The notes: a model not told the origin generated them from the sequence alone. A stretch of DNA of 64,000 nt from Candidatus Spongiisociaceae bacterium (GCA_965219685.1 CBDCOH010000002.1:4192001-4256000), one strand, 5' to 3'; counted from the stretch's first letter, positions 39,557 to 49,594 are shown. Numbers and translations are program-made.

Positions 39557-40789
39557 CTATGTTTTGCAAATCGGTTTTGTGGTGGGGTCGGTGAGCCATT
39601 TCTGGTAGCGGGTGGCGAGCTGGTGGTTGTGGTGGAGGCCTCGTTCGAGGAGCGATAGGAGGGTGGGGTGGACCTGGAGGTGTTCGGCGGCGTCGGTGAG
39701 GGTTAATCGGGTTTGGTGGCGTTGGTGGCGGAGGTCGTTGCCGTCGGGTGTCGGGGACGGTTTGGTTAGGAGGTGGTAGATCTCGCGGGCGATGTGCCGT
39801 TTCAGGCAGCGGATGATCTCGCGGCGGGTTTTGCCTTCGGCTTTGCGTCTGCGGGTGTATTCGATGGTGCGGGGGTCGGTGCGCATCCGGTTGGTGGCGA
39901 TTCGCCAGAGAGCGTTGTTGGCTTGGCGGTCGCCGCCTCGGTTGAGCCGATGCCGAACTATCTGTCCCGATGATGCTTGGACGGGGCTGAGGGCGCATAG
40001 TGCCGCGAAGGACCGTTCCGATTTCATGCGTTGGGGGTTGTCGCCGGCGGCGACTAGGAGTGCTGCAGCGCTGTGGGGGCCCACTCCGGAGGCGGCTAGG
40101 AGCGCCGGGTTGGCCTTGGCGCAGAGACGGCGGATCTCGGTGTCGAGTTCGGCTATTTCTGTGTCGAGGGTCCGGTATCGGCGGGCCAGGTGCCGCAGCG
40201 CCCTCTTCGCGTACGCGGTGGTGGTCTGCGCTTCGCCGGGACGCCAGCGGACACAGATTCTGACCATCGCTCAGATACTGGAGCCCCGGAGCCGATGTTT
40301 GACCTGCTCAGGGGCGGTTGTGAGGAGGGCGTGGATCTGGTTGGCGGCCTGGGTGCGTGCTTTGACCGCTGAACGGCGAGCCATCCGAAGCATTCTTATC
40401 CCTTCTACGGGTCCGTCCCCGCCTTTGGGTCGCCCGGTGGCATCTCCGCTGAGGGCAGCTCGGGCTGCGGCCTCGGCGTCGACGGTGTCGGTCTTGCCCC
40501 TGAGACGACGCAGCTGGCGGTTGGGACGCATGACCTCCACCACCTCGATGCCCACTCGGGTCAGATAACGAGCCAGGCCGGCGCCGTAACTGCCGGTGCC
40601 CTCCACACCGACCTGAACAGGCCGCCCCCAGGAGCGAAGCCACTCCTCCAGCTGCGCGTATCCCGCCGCATCAGCCCTGAACTCCTCTGCTCCCAGTAGG
40701 CGACCCGTGTGATCCAGCACGGCCCCAACGTGGATATCCCGATGGGTATCAACCCCTCCAAACACATCGACCTGGCCTCTCTCCGGCAT
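39557..40789 (-). pseudogene. IS110 transposase/recombinase with in-frame TGA (40273-40271) and a C-terminal XRE-like HTH
   Basis: GVDTH, VGVEGTGSYG and KTDTVDA (DEDD); GVG...SSG...NRGGDRQAN. ORFs 40271..40864 and 39557..40267 share a frame (ATC TGA GCG ATG). Confidence 0.85.
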
Positions 40790-40849
40790 GCGCTCTGCCT
40801 CCCCTCTCCTTGTTGGAATAGGCTTTGTGCGGCAGCGCCGGTCCGAAGC

Positions 40850-41020
40850 GGGTGGACAAAACACTCAGGGTGTGGGGAAGAAACGACCAAAGCTCCTATG
40901 AGGTCACATCCGCTCCGGGCTGGCTGCCCGTACCCCCCGACCGGTGCCCGGCCGACAGATCCGGGGTAAGGCACCACAGCCAGTTTCCCGGTGGGTCAGA
41001 CCGGACCCCGGTCGAGGTCC
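40850..41020 (-). ncRNA. Putative IS110 bridge RNA
   Basis: Minus strand carries GGGAAAC (40989-40983) and CCCCGG (40966-40961), matching the target halves, then CATAGGAGC (40900-40892) and TGAGTG (40867-40862), matching the donor junction halves. Boundaries approximate. Confidence 0.75.
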
Positions 41021-41605
41021 CTTAAGTATGAGTGTTTCCCCGGAGACTCATTTGAGCAAGTCTCACAACCTTCTGTGTCAACCCCTCGCGGGTTCGGACT
41101 TGAGGGACTTCTATTTGGAAGATGTTCTCCCTTCTTCGGTTTAGCCAAGCGGTGGAGGTACGCATCCGAGTGTGGGCACCTGTGCTGACAGGGCCGACAC
41201 GGACGTGTGGATGGCCGCCCCGGTAGTCTGGACCGATGGGCACTGGCTGGTCTCCTGCAGAGGGTTCTGCCCCTTCGTGGGTCGCTTGAGGACGGCCAAG
41301 CAGATCTGTCCGAAAGGACCCCCGACCACACATCGGTTCCGAGGCCAGAACCATCGAGGGCGGCTCCGGGTTCTACGACCCCGTGGACCTGCCCGACGAT
41401 GTGCGGCTGCGCGTGAATAGGGCAGCCCGGTGGTAGCACAGGGAACCCGGTGACGCGTAGTCTCCCTCAGTCTGATTCATCTCATAGGCGGCTGCCTACC
41501 GATAACTTCCTAACAGGGTCTGAGAACGCCATCTCGTGCGTGCTGTGGGATCAAAGGTGGGACGAATCCTACCAAAAAGCTGTTTACCTGGGCTTTACCC
41601 GGTCC

Positions 41606-41657
41606 TAAACTTCGCTGCCCCTGAGGGGCGTGTGGGTTCGAATCCCACCCCGGGTAC
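41606..41657 (+). other. 3' half of tRNA-Leu (likely TAA); att-like island boundary
   Basis: TAAACTTCGCTGCCCCTGAGGGGCGTGTGGGTTCGAATCCCACCCCGGGTAC gives the anticodon 3' side, long variable arm, T-arm and acceptor 3' strand. No 5' half or D-arm upstream. Confidence 0.7.
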
Positions 41658-42066
41658 TCGGTTCCCCTACGTTTCTGACGCGGTTACTCAGCGTTTCGCA
41701 TACTCCCCAAAAGGCCAGGTCACAGGCATGTCAGACAAGGGTCTGAAGCGGTGGCGGCTGATCGTTGCGCTGTGTCGAATGTTCCTGGTATCTCGCTCCG
41801 TTCCGGGTCTTCATCCAGGTGTGGGACAGATAGTCGGACATAAAGGGGGGCGAATGGCCAAAGCTGACAGCCGCCTTAGCGCGATCAGTCAACGGGGCAG
41901 GTGAGTACGGCGACCGGGCACGGCCTGATCCCCCGGGTTCCGCGATCGGGTTCCAGACAATGGATATGACGCAGAACCGTAGCCCGCAACCGATGAGATC
42001 TAGATGACATGGGATAGTTGGAGGGCGTATAGTTGGATGGGAGGCCTAGGAGTCGTGGAGAAGCCG

Positions 42067-43310
42067 ATGAGGGCACGTCGGGTTCTGATGGTGTGTGCTC
42101 TGGTCGCCTGGGGTTTGGCACCGGTGCCTGTTCCTGCGTCCGGGGTGGATCCGGCTATCGCGGCGGACGGTTTGTGCTCTCCGGGTTCGGTCAGCCAGTT
42201 CTCCGACGTCGAGGTGGGTGATTACGGGGCTGAGTACATACTGTGTATGCGAGCGTTGGGCCTGTCGGTCGGCAGGGGCGATGGGTCTTACGGGCCGGAG
42301 TTGGAGTTGTCCAGGGCACAGACGGCCTCGTTTTTGGTGCGGTTGTGGAGTGATGCGTTGGAGAAGCACTGCCCGGGCGGTGTGGAAACACCGTTCGTCG
42401 ACGTTGCTGGTAACACTCATGAGGCCAGCATCGGCTGTTTGTACGGCTTGGAGGTGACCAAGGGCAAGACTGCGGTCACCACGGGCCGAGCGAGAACCTG
42501 AGGGCCTCCGAGATAGCCATGTTCTTGATGCGTCTGTATGAGAGGGCGGGCAACAGTTGCGGGGCAGCGGACGATGAGTTGGAGCGGGCGGTTGAGTGTC
42601 TGACTGCGATGAAGGTCACCCCGTCGGTTGCCGAAGCCAGTTCCCACGAGTCTGTGACCAGGGACCAGATGGCTGTGTACGTGATCGGGTTGTGGCACAA
42701 CATGGCTGGCCACGGTCTGCCGCCGGACCCTCCGGAGAAGCCCTACAACCACAGCTCCGGTAGCGATAAGGCAGGCTTGTCCCGTCGTCCCGACCAAGAC
42801 GACGACGATGACGACGACTCGACATCGACCACGCTGGGAAGTTCAACGACGATCGCTACTGATAATGACGGTACGGATAGCGATGGGTATGACACGCCGG
42901 AGACCGACTCGTCGACTTCGACTTCGACGGTGACGACTTCCGTGACGTCGACGACGGTGGGGAGTTCAACGACGATCGCTACTGATAATGACGGTACGGA
43001 TAGCGATGGGTATGACACGCCGGAGACCGACTCGTCGACTTCGACTTCGACGGTGACGACTTCCGTGACGTCGACGACGGTGGGGAGTTCAACGACGATC
43101 GCTACTGATAATGACGGTACGGATAGCGATGGGTATGACACGCCGGAGACCGACTCGTCGACTTCGACTTCGACGGTGACGACTTCCGTGACGTCGACGA
43201 CGGTGGGGAGTTCAACGACGATCGCTACTGATAATGACGGTACGGATAGCGATGGGTATGACACGCCGACTACTTCTGTGTCGGTCAGCGACAGCGACGA
43301 CAGCGGCTGA
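42067..43310 (+). pseudogene. SLH-domain protein with D/S/T-rich repeat tail, frameshifted at ~42480
   Basis: One added T (ACC TAC GGG CCG) joins ORFs 42004..42501 and 42519..43310 into the SLH motif TYGPSENLRASEIAMFL. A sequencing error cannot be excluded. Confidence 0.7.
42840..43268 (+). repeat. Perfect 123-bp tandem repeat, ~3.5 copies (41 aa unit)
   Basis: Units start at 42840, 42963, 43086 and 43209, encoding STTIATDNDGTDSDGYDTPETDSSTSTSTVTTSVTSTTVGS. Confidence 0.95.
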
Positions 43311-43321
43311 GGGTTAGGCGT

Positions 43322-44524
43322 TTGGGGGCTTCGTCGGGCCTGGGGGTTGCGTATCCCGAGGACCCGGCCTTGGACGGGTTGGCCGATTTGTTCGATCGGG
43401 GGTGGGTGCTGGAGGCGTACCGCCAGCGGTTCGGGGGTGGCGGGGCGGTTCCTCACGGGGTTTTCCTTTTCCAGGTCAGGCACAGTCCGGGCCGGCGCAT
43501 CCTCGTCACCTACAGGGTCGAACTGCCACCGCGGGACTATCTCCCCTCGGAGTACTTCACGCTCTTGTTGAATCGTGGCGGGGAAGTGAAGGCGTTCCGC
43601 TACCCCCGCGATCCCCACCTGCCGGGCCTGGTAGGGGTGGCCGACCCCGTATCCGCACACCGGCTAGTAGGCCAACATGTCCTGGCTTTCCCCGCCCGGC
43701 GTCTGCGCGTGGAGTTGGTGCGGTACCGTCCCGCAAGCCGGGCGGTGCTGCGCCACAGGGTGGGCAAAGCCGGGTTCTATGTTCGCGCGATACGCCCCCG
43801 GGACTTGGAGCCGCTGCTGGGGGCGGCGACCCTCATCCAGCGATCCGGGTTCGCGGCTCCCCGCATAGCCGGCGTCTGGGAGGAGGGGGCGGTGGTGTGG
43901 CTGGCGGAGATACCGGGCAGGAACCTACGCCGAGTCCTGAGGGACGGGAACCCGCCTAACCCCGATGCGCTGCTCGCCGGCCTCGAGACGATCTGGCGTC
44001 TCCCCCAACACACCGCAGGTGCGGGTCCGTTCAACCTTGCTGGACGTTATAGATACGCGAAACGCCTCATCGGCTCCGCTCTCCGTCACGGTGGCAACAG
44101 TCGGGGCCTGATGACGACCAGCACCAGCAAACTGGATCCCTTCGTTGACGGTTGGGAACCGTCGACCGTTGCGCACAATGACTTCTACGACGACCAGATG
44201 ATCATCCTTCCCGACGGGCGAATATCGCTGGTCGATTTCGAGGAAGCAGGCGCGGGCGAGCCGATGGTGGATGTGGGCAACTTCTTGGCGCACCTGAGAT
44301 GGAACTCGACCTTCCGACCGACGGCGGAAGACGCCATCGGCGCCTACCACCACAGGTTCCGCCAAGCAGCACTCGACCGGTTCGGCTGGAACCCCGCAGA
44401 ACTCAACCTGCGGGAAGCGGTCTGCCTCTTCAGAATCTGCACCAACCCAATAAGGCGACCACGACCCGACTGGCACCGCAAACTTGAAGCCGGCCTACGT
44501 CTCGTCAACCAGGCAATCGAGTAG
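43322..44524 (+). CDS. APH/choline-kinase-like phosphotransferase
   Basis: HNDFYDDQ (Brenner-type motif) and LVDFEE motif. Start uncertain. Confidence 0.75.
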   Translation: MGASSGLGVAYPEDPALDGLADLFDRGWVLEAYRQRFGGGGAVPHGVFLFQVRHSPGRRILVTYRVELPPRDYLPSEYFTLLLNRGGEVKAFRYPRDPHLPGLVGVADPVSAHRLVGQHVLAFPARRLRVELVRYRPASRAVLRHRVGKAGFYVRAIRPRDLEPLLGAATLIQRSGFAAPRIAGVWEEGAVVWLAEIPGRNLRRVLRDGNPPNPDALLAGLETIWRLPQHTAGAGPFNLAGRYRYAKRLIGSALRHGGNSRGLMTTSTSKLDPFVDGWEPSTVAHNDFYDDQMIILPDGRISLVDFEEAGAGEPMVDVGNFLAHLRWNSTFRPTAEDAIGAYHHRFRQAALDRFGWNPAELNLREAVCLFRICTNPIRRPRPDWHRKLEAGLRLVNQAIE

Positions 44525-44795
44525 TGACACAGTCCTGGACCAACCTTCGGGGGGTCCAGCCGGCAGGTTCCTAGCGTTGCGTAGCGATCGGAAAGTGCGG
44601 TAGATTCCGGCCAGATCCCTAGGAACTACTCGTCTAGAGTCTGCAGAGGGTCCCATCCGGATCGGTGCGATCCCTTGCCGACGAGTCGACACGATCCTCT
44701 AGTCCGACCGGCAACTGTCAACTCCTGCGTACGCCACGCAACTGCACCGCCGGAAGGCGACAATCCCAATGGCTGTAAAGGAAACGGGGTGGACT

Positions 44796-45494
44796 ATGAA
44801 GGCTGGTTCGGTTAACAGGTTCGAGGCTTGGGCGCTTATCGTGGGGCCGGTTGTTGCCCTCGTCTTCTTCCTGGTTGAACCGGGCGGGATGCTCATCGAC
44901 AGCGCCGTTTCGACCGACTACATCGGAAGGGTCCGGGCCTTGGCGTCCAACTCGGCCATGGCCCATGTCGCGGCTCTCATGGTCCCTCTCGGCCTGATCG
45001 TCATGATCTACGGGTTGACCGGCCTCAATCGGCTGATCGTCCTCGCCGAGGACGACTTCGCCGCCGCCGTGTCCAGATTCGGGACCCTCAGCGTGACCAT
45101 GGGTGGTTTCGGATGGATCATGGCCGACGGGCTGATCCACATCCTTGCCGAGACCCAGGCCCAGTCGGAGCAGGCGCTCCAGGCGGTGGTACCGATCGCT
45201 CAGGCGGGCTCCGGCATTACCTTCATTTCGAGCATCGCCGTCGCATTGGGTGTCATGGCGTTGAGTATGGGCTTGTCGGCCAGGGACCCCGTGGGCTTCA
45301 ACAAGATCGCCGCCCTGGTGATCCTCGTCGTGTCCGCCGTCGCCGTGGTCGCACTCATCATCGGCCAAAGCGGCCCCGACGAGAACATGGTCACCCTGGC
45401 CAGGCTCTGCTACTTCCCATGGGTGCTATGGAGCATCACGCTTGGTGTGAGGTTCCTCAAGGCCGCAAGCCTGGCGCACGGAACCAGGGCATAG
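44796..45494 (+). CDS. Multi-pass membrane protein, unknown function
   Basis: About 6-7 hydrophobic segments. Confidence 0.7.
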   Translation: MKAGSVNRFEAWALIVGPVVALVFFLVEPGGMLIDSAVSTDYIGRVRALASNSAMAHVAALMVPLGLIVMIYGLTGLNRLIVLAEDDFAAAVSRFGTLSVTMGGFGWIMADGLIHILAETQAQSEQALQAVVPIAQAGSGITFISSIAVALGVMALSMGLSARDPVGFNKIAALVILVVSAVAVVALIIGQSGPDENMVTLARLCYFPWVLWSITLGVRFLKAASLAHGTRA

Positions 45495-45843
45495 CACCGC
45501 GAGACGCGTGTGCCCGCACTTGAGCACTCAGGACGCAAACCGGCGGTTCGGAGTTCGAACTGCCACGTTCGGGGAGAGGGCAGTCAACGCTGGGATGTCT
45601 TCGGGCGGCGGGTACCGGACGACTCTGGTGGCGGACGGAAACCGCAGGAAAGTGGTCTGAAGCATCCGCTATATGTCCGATCCAATCCGGGAGCGGTGAC
45701 GTGAGCGCGCGTCCGCTGTTGGTGCAGAAGTGGTCTCGGGGTGCTTCCACTTGGCGCAATGGCAACAGTCGCAACCAATCGGCACCCGGATGCCGGAATA
45801 GGGGCCGGGGATGTTCGGAGCTTGGCATGCCGCCGCCGGCCGA

Positions 45844-46608
45844 TCACGGTGCGAGGGGACCGAACGCGAGGTAGGAGTGGGGCCCATCAGCGAGTCGTCG
45901 CACCTCGATACCGTAGACGGGTTCGAGCACATCGCTTAGCAGGACTTCTCCGGGCGAACCCTGGTGCACGACCCTGCCTTGGTCGAGGAGGACGAGATGG
46001 TCGCAGTAGCGGCTGGCGAGGTTGAGGTCGTGGAGCACCACGATGGTGTCCATTTCGAGGCTCCGAACCAAGGTCAGTACCTCGTGCTGGTAGCGGACAT
46101 CGAGATGATTGGTGGGCTCGTCGAGCAGCATCACCGGGCTCTGTTGCGCGACACACCGGGCGATCATTACCCGTTGGCGTTCCCCACCTGACAACTCTTG
46201 GAGGTTGCGTTCGGCGAAGCCCGACAGGTTGACCAGTTCGAGTGCTTCGAGTGTGACACGGCGGTCGTCGTCGGTGAAGCCCTGATGGTCGCCACGATGA
46301 ACGTGGCGACCCAACAGCACGAACTCGCCGACCGTTATGCCGATCCCGTCGGCCGCGGCGTCCTGGGTCACGACCGCGACCGCACGCGCTATCGAGCGCT
46401 GAGACAACGACTCGATCGGTTCGTCGCCGATGAGAACCGCGCCTCTGTCCGGGCGAAGCATCCCGTACAGGCAGCGCAGCAGCGACGACTTTCCGCTGCC
46501 GTTAGGTCCGATGAGGCCGACCACTTGTCCGGGGCGCGTGCAGAGTTGCGCCCCGGACAGTACATCGACCGCGCCGAGCCGGAGGTCGATGCCGGTGGCC
46601 GCAATCAT
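45844..46608 (-). CDS. Iron-chelate/cobalamin-type ABC transporter ATPase
   Basis: GPNGSGKS, LSGGERQR and LLDEPTNHLD motifs. Confidence 0.9.
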   Translation of the reverse strand: MIAATGIDLRLGAVDVLSGAQLCTRPGQVVGLIGPNGSGKSSLLRCLYGMLRPDRGAVLIGDEPIESLSQRSIARAVAVVTQDAAADGIGITVGEFVLLGRHVHRGDHQGFTDDDRRVTLEALELVNLSGFAERNLQELSGGERQRVMIARCVAQQSPVMLLDEPTNHLDVRYQHEVLTLVRSLEMDTIVVLHDLNLASRYCDHLVLLDQGRVVHQGSPGEVLLSDVLEPVYGIEVRRLADGPHSYLAFGPLAP

Positions 46609-46615
46609 GGGTTGG

Positions 46616-47680
46616 TCATTCAGAGATCTGGTCGCCGAGAACGGACAGTCCTCTCACCACGATTGGCGATGGTGGTTCGGCAAAGTTGAACAGGAGCGGG
46701 TAGACCTCGCCTTCGGCCACCGCGGTGATGCTGCCTGCGCCCGGGAGATCGGTGACGAGCGCTCTGACCTGCTCGGGCGTAACGTCGACCTCCCAATAGA
46801 GCAGGACCAGGATGTCGGGGTTGCGATCGATGATTTCCTCGATGGAGACCTCGAACACTCGCTCGCCAAAGTCGGCGAAGAGGTTGGTCATGCCGAGGGC
46901 CTCCATCAGCGGGTGCACCATGCCGCGCGAGGAGTAAGCGTAGATGGCGCCGCCGTCGGAACTGACACCTAGCGCGGCAGCGGTCTTGCCCTCGGCAACT
47001 GGCGAATCGGCTGCCGAGGCCACGGCGGCCTCCATCGCGGCTGCGCTCGCGTTTGCTATCTCCTCCGTGCCGAAAAGCCTCCCGTAGAGGCGGACCTCTT
47101 CCACGATGCTCTCGAATGATGGTCTCGGTGGGTTGTCGCAGAACGGGGGCATCACATAGAGCTGGATGCCGACGTCCGCGAGCGCGTCGTGGGTGAGCGT
47201 TTCGGTGTCGTAGCCGATGACGATGTCGGGCTCGTAGGCGATGATCGTCTCGATCGAGATCATTGCGCCGCCGGTCGAGGTGAACTCGGCCTGCAATGCG
47301 GGAAGAGCGTCGAGGATGGCCATTTCGTCGGGGGTGTAGTACTCCTCGGAGAAGTCATCGATGCGGGCCACCACACGATCCATGGCGCCGGCAGCAAATA
47401 GCAGCGAGGGCGCGGCGGGCTCCATCAGCAACACCCGCTCAGGAGCGGAGTCAAGGGTGAACTCCTGGCCGCAGTTGGTGAAGGTCAGCGGGAATCCGTC
47501 GTCCTCAACCGCGCCCTGCTCGTTCTCGACCGGCTCGGTCGCTGCTGGCTGCCCCCCTGTCTCGTCGGAGGCAGGGGCAATCGAGGGGGAGGAGTCGTCG
47601 CTGCCTCCGCACGCCGAGGCTACGAGACCCAAGACGACAAGCAGGACGACTGCAGGCAGTCTTGACGCTAACAGTTGCAT
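46616..47680 (-). CDS. ABC transporter substrate-binding lipoprotein (class III helical backbone)
   Basis: Lipobox VASAC; FPLTFTNCG..PERV; SIE.II..PD motifs. Confidence 0.85.
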   Translation of the reverse strand: MQLLASRLPAVVLLVVLGLVASACGGSDDSSPSIAPASDETGGQPAATEPVENEQGAVEDDGFPLTFTNCGQEFTLDSAPERVLLMEPAAPSLLFAAGAMDRVVARIDDFSEEYYTPDEMAILDALPALQAEFTSTGGAMISIETIIAYEPDIVIGYDTETLTHDALADVGIQLYVMPPFCDNPPRPSFESIVEEVRLYGRLFGTEEIANASAAAMEAAVASAADSPVAEGKTAAALGVSSDGGAIYAYSSRGMVHPLMEALGMTNLFADFGERVFEVSIEEIIDRNPDILVLLYWEVDVTPEQVRALVTDLPGAGSITAVAEGEVYPLLFNFAEPPSPIVVRGLSVLGDQISE

Positions 47681-47708
47681 AGTGTTCCTTTCTCGAGCGC
47701 GGTCGCGC

Positions 47709-48797
47709 TCAGTTGGTGTGAGGGAGTTTTCGGACGAGCGCGACGAGGACCGGCGCACCGAGCACCCCGGTGACTACGCCGATCGGTAGCTCGCGGGGCT
47801 GCAAGGCCATGCGGGCCGCGACATCGGCCCAGACGAGGATGATGGCGCCGAGAGCGGCCGACGCCGGGACCAGGTGGCGGTGGATTGGGCCGACGATCCG
47901 GCGTGCGATGTGGGGGGCCGCGAGACCGACGAATCCGATACCGCCCGACAGCGACACGGCGAAGCCGACACACAGTGCCACTACGACCACGAGTACAAAA
48001 CGGGAGCGCTCGGGATTGACGCCGCTCGCCAGGGCGGTCTCGTCGCCGAGTGCGAGGAGGTCGAGTCGGCGACGCCACCAGAATACGAGGGCTACGCCGG
48101 CGCCCATGCCGAGGTAGCCGATGGGCAACGTTGACCAGTCGGCGTTCGCAAGCGATCCTAGGAGCCAGAAGACCACCGCTCGGGCGCCTTCGGTGTTGTC
48201 GGCGATTAGGATCAGCAGGCTGGTGGTCGCGCTCAGTAGGTAACCGACGGCCACCCCCGCCACAATCATCCGCGAGGGTGTGATCCGACCGGTTGACCGG
48301 GCCAGCGTCAACACCAGAGCAAGGGCGCCGAGGGCGCCGAGGAATGCCATTAGCGACACTGACTCCGCGCCCAACCAGGAGCCAACTCCGAACAGGATCG
48401 CCGCGGCTGCACCAACGGATGCCCCGGAGCTCACGCCGATGATGTACGGCTCGGCCAGCGGGTTGCGGACCAGTGCTTGGAGAGTCGTTCCCACGACTCC
48501 GAGGGCCGTGCCCACGATCCCGCCGAGCAGCACCCGCGGCAGCCGCACCTCCCAGATGATGGCGTCGTCGGTCCTCGCCCAGTTCGCTACGTCGGGCACG
48601 CCGATCGTGTAGTGACCGATGATCCTCAGGACTGTCGAAGGTGTCACCGCGACCGGACCGAGCCCGATGGCGACGACCACCGACACGACGGTCATGAGCG
48701 CGAGGGCGACAAGTGTGGGCCGCCGACTCCACCGCCAACCGGCGCGGTGGGCTATTCGGGCGCCGTCCCCGGCCGCGGTCTCGAGTTGGGCGGTCAC
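47709..48797 (-). CDS. FecCD/BtuC-family ABC permease
   Basis: RLPR, RNPLAEP..GVSSGA and GIGFVGL..PH motifs. Confidence 0.9.
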   Translation of the reverse strand: MTAQLETAAGDGARIAHRAGWRWSRRPTLVALALMTVVSVVVAIGLGPVAVTPSTVLRIIGHYTIGVPDVANWARTDDAIIWEVRLPRVLLGGIVGTALGVVGTTLQALVRNPLAEPYIIGVSSGASVGAAAAILFGVGSWLGAESVSLMAFLGALGALALVLTLARSTGRITPSRMIVAGVAVGYLLSATTSLLILIADNTEGARAVVFWLLGSLANADWSTLPIGYLGMGAGVALVFWWRRRLDLLALGDETALASGVNPERSRFVLVVVVALCVGFAVSLSGGIGFVGLAAPHIARRIVGPIHRHLVPASAALGAIILVWADVAARMALQPRELPIGVVTGVLGAPVLVALVRKLPHTN

Positions 48798-49594
48798 GGA
48801 TTCGGCGACCCCGACTTCACCGCCATCACGATTCGATCGTCGAAGCGTTGCCAGATCGTGTCGACGTCGGAGAAGCCGGCGCGCCTCACCAGATCACAGA
48901 AGCCACGGAGTGTTGGTCGCTGGTCGGCGGCGGTCGACTGTGGTCCACCGTTGTCGCCAGGAGCCTGAGCGTCGAACACCCGGTCGCGCGCCGCGCACAG
49001 CGAGACCAGCCCGGCGTCGGCACGGGCACGTTCCCACCACTGGTCCCAGGTGGGCGCTCCGCTGCCCGCCGCGGTTTCGGCGTCCCGGGCTGCAATCCAC
49101 TCAGCGACGGCGGTCAGCGTGGGCGCCCGCTCATAGCCAAGATGGTCGGCGTTGAGCACCAGACCACCCACCCTGAGCGCTCGGTGGGCGTTGAGAAGGG
49201 CTTGGCTCAACTCGTCCTCCGACAGCCAGTGCAGCGCTGTCGAGGAACACACCACATCCACCCCACCGGTAAGGACATGGTCAATCCACGCCGGGTCGGC
49301 GGCATCGCACTCGATCATCCGGACACGACCGGGCTCGAACTGGTCCGCCACCTGGCGCGCCAGGTGAATCAGGACGGGATCGATGTCGACGCCTACGTAG
49401 GTCGCGAAGGGGAACCGCCGAAGCAGCCGCTGGCCGATGGCCGCCGGACCGGCGCCGAGATCGACCACGACCGGGTCTGGACGTCCCGACGACATGGCAA
49501 GCCACTCCACGACGCTGAGCAGCGCATCGAACCGCTCCTCGCGCGCCGCGTTGTAGGTTTCCTGTTGTCGATCCCAGGCCTCAAGAAGTGACAT
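48794..49594 (-). CDS. Class I SAM-dependent methyltransferase
   Basis: VVDLGAGP, GVDID and STALHW motifs. Its stop overlaps the permease start. Confidence 0.85.
   Translation of the reverse strand: MSLLEAWDRQQETYNAAREERFDALLSVVEWLAMSSGRPDPVVVDLGAGPAAIGQRLLRRFPFATYVGVDIDPVLIHLARQVADQFEPGRVRMIECDAADPAWIDHVLTGGVDVVCSSTALHWLSEDELSQALLNAHRALRVGGLVLNADHLGYERAPTLTAVAEWIAARDAETAAGSGAPTWDQWWERARADAGLVSLCAARDRVFDAQAPGDNGGPQSTAADQRPTLRGFCDLVRRAGFSDVDTIWQRFDDRIVMAVKSGSPNP

Larger units (their letters stand above)
39551..41034 (-). mobile_element. IS110-family insertion sequence (~1.48 kb)
   Basis: DEDD transposase, no terminal IRs and a long non-coding left end. Removing it restores an IS3-type IR with a single shared base at the junction. 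Confidence 0.85.

Noticed and set aside
40271-40273. TGA in the IS110 transposase as selenocysteine
   Set aside because: It is not at a recognisable Cys motif and no SECIS-like hairpin was seen downstream. A nonsense mutation is more likely.
41180-41400. Second orphan IS110-like non-coding end (CAGATC..AAGGAC..CCAGA)
   Set aside because: Only weak resemblance, with no matching guides or transposase identifiable by eye.
41570-41660. Intact tRNA gene
   Set aside because: No D-arm and no properly positioned 5' acceptor or anticodon strand are present.
42840-43268. CRISPR array (also considered for 58540-58714)
   Set aside because: The units are contiguous with no unique spacers, and no cas genes are present.
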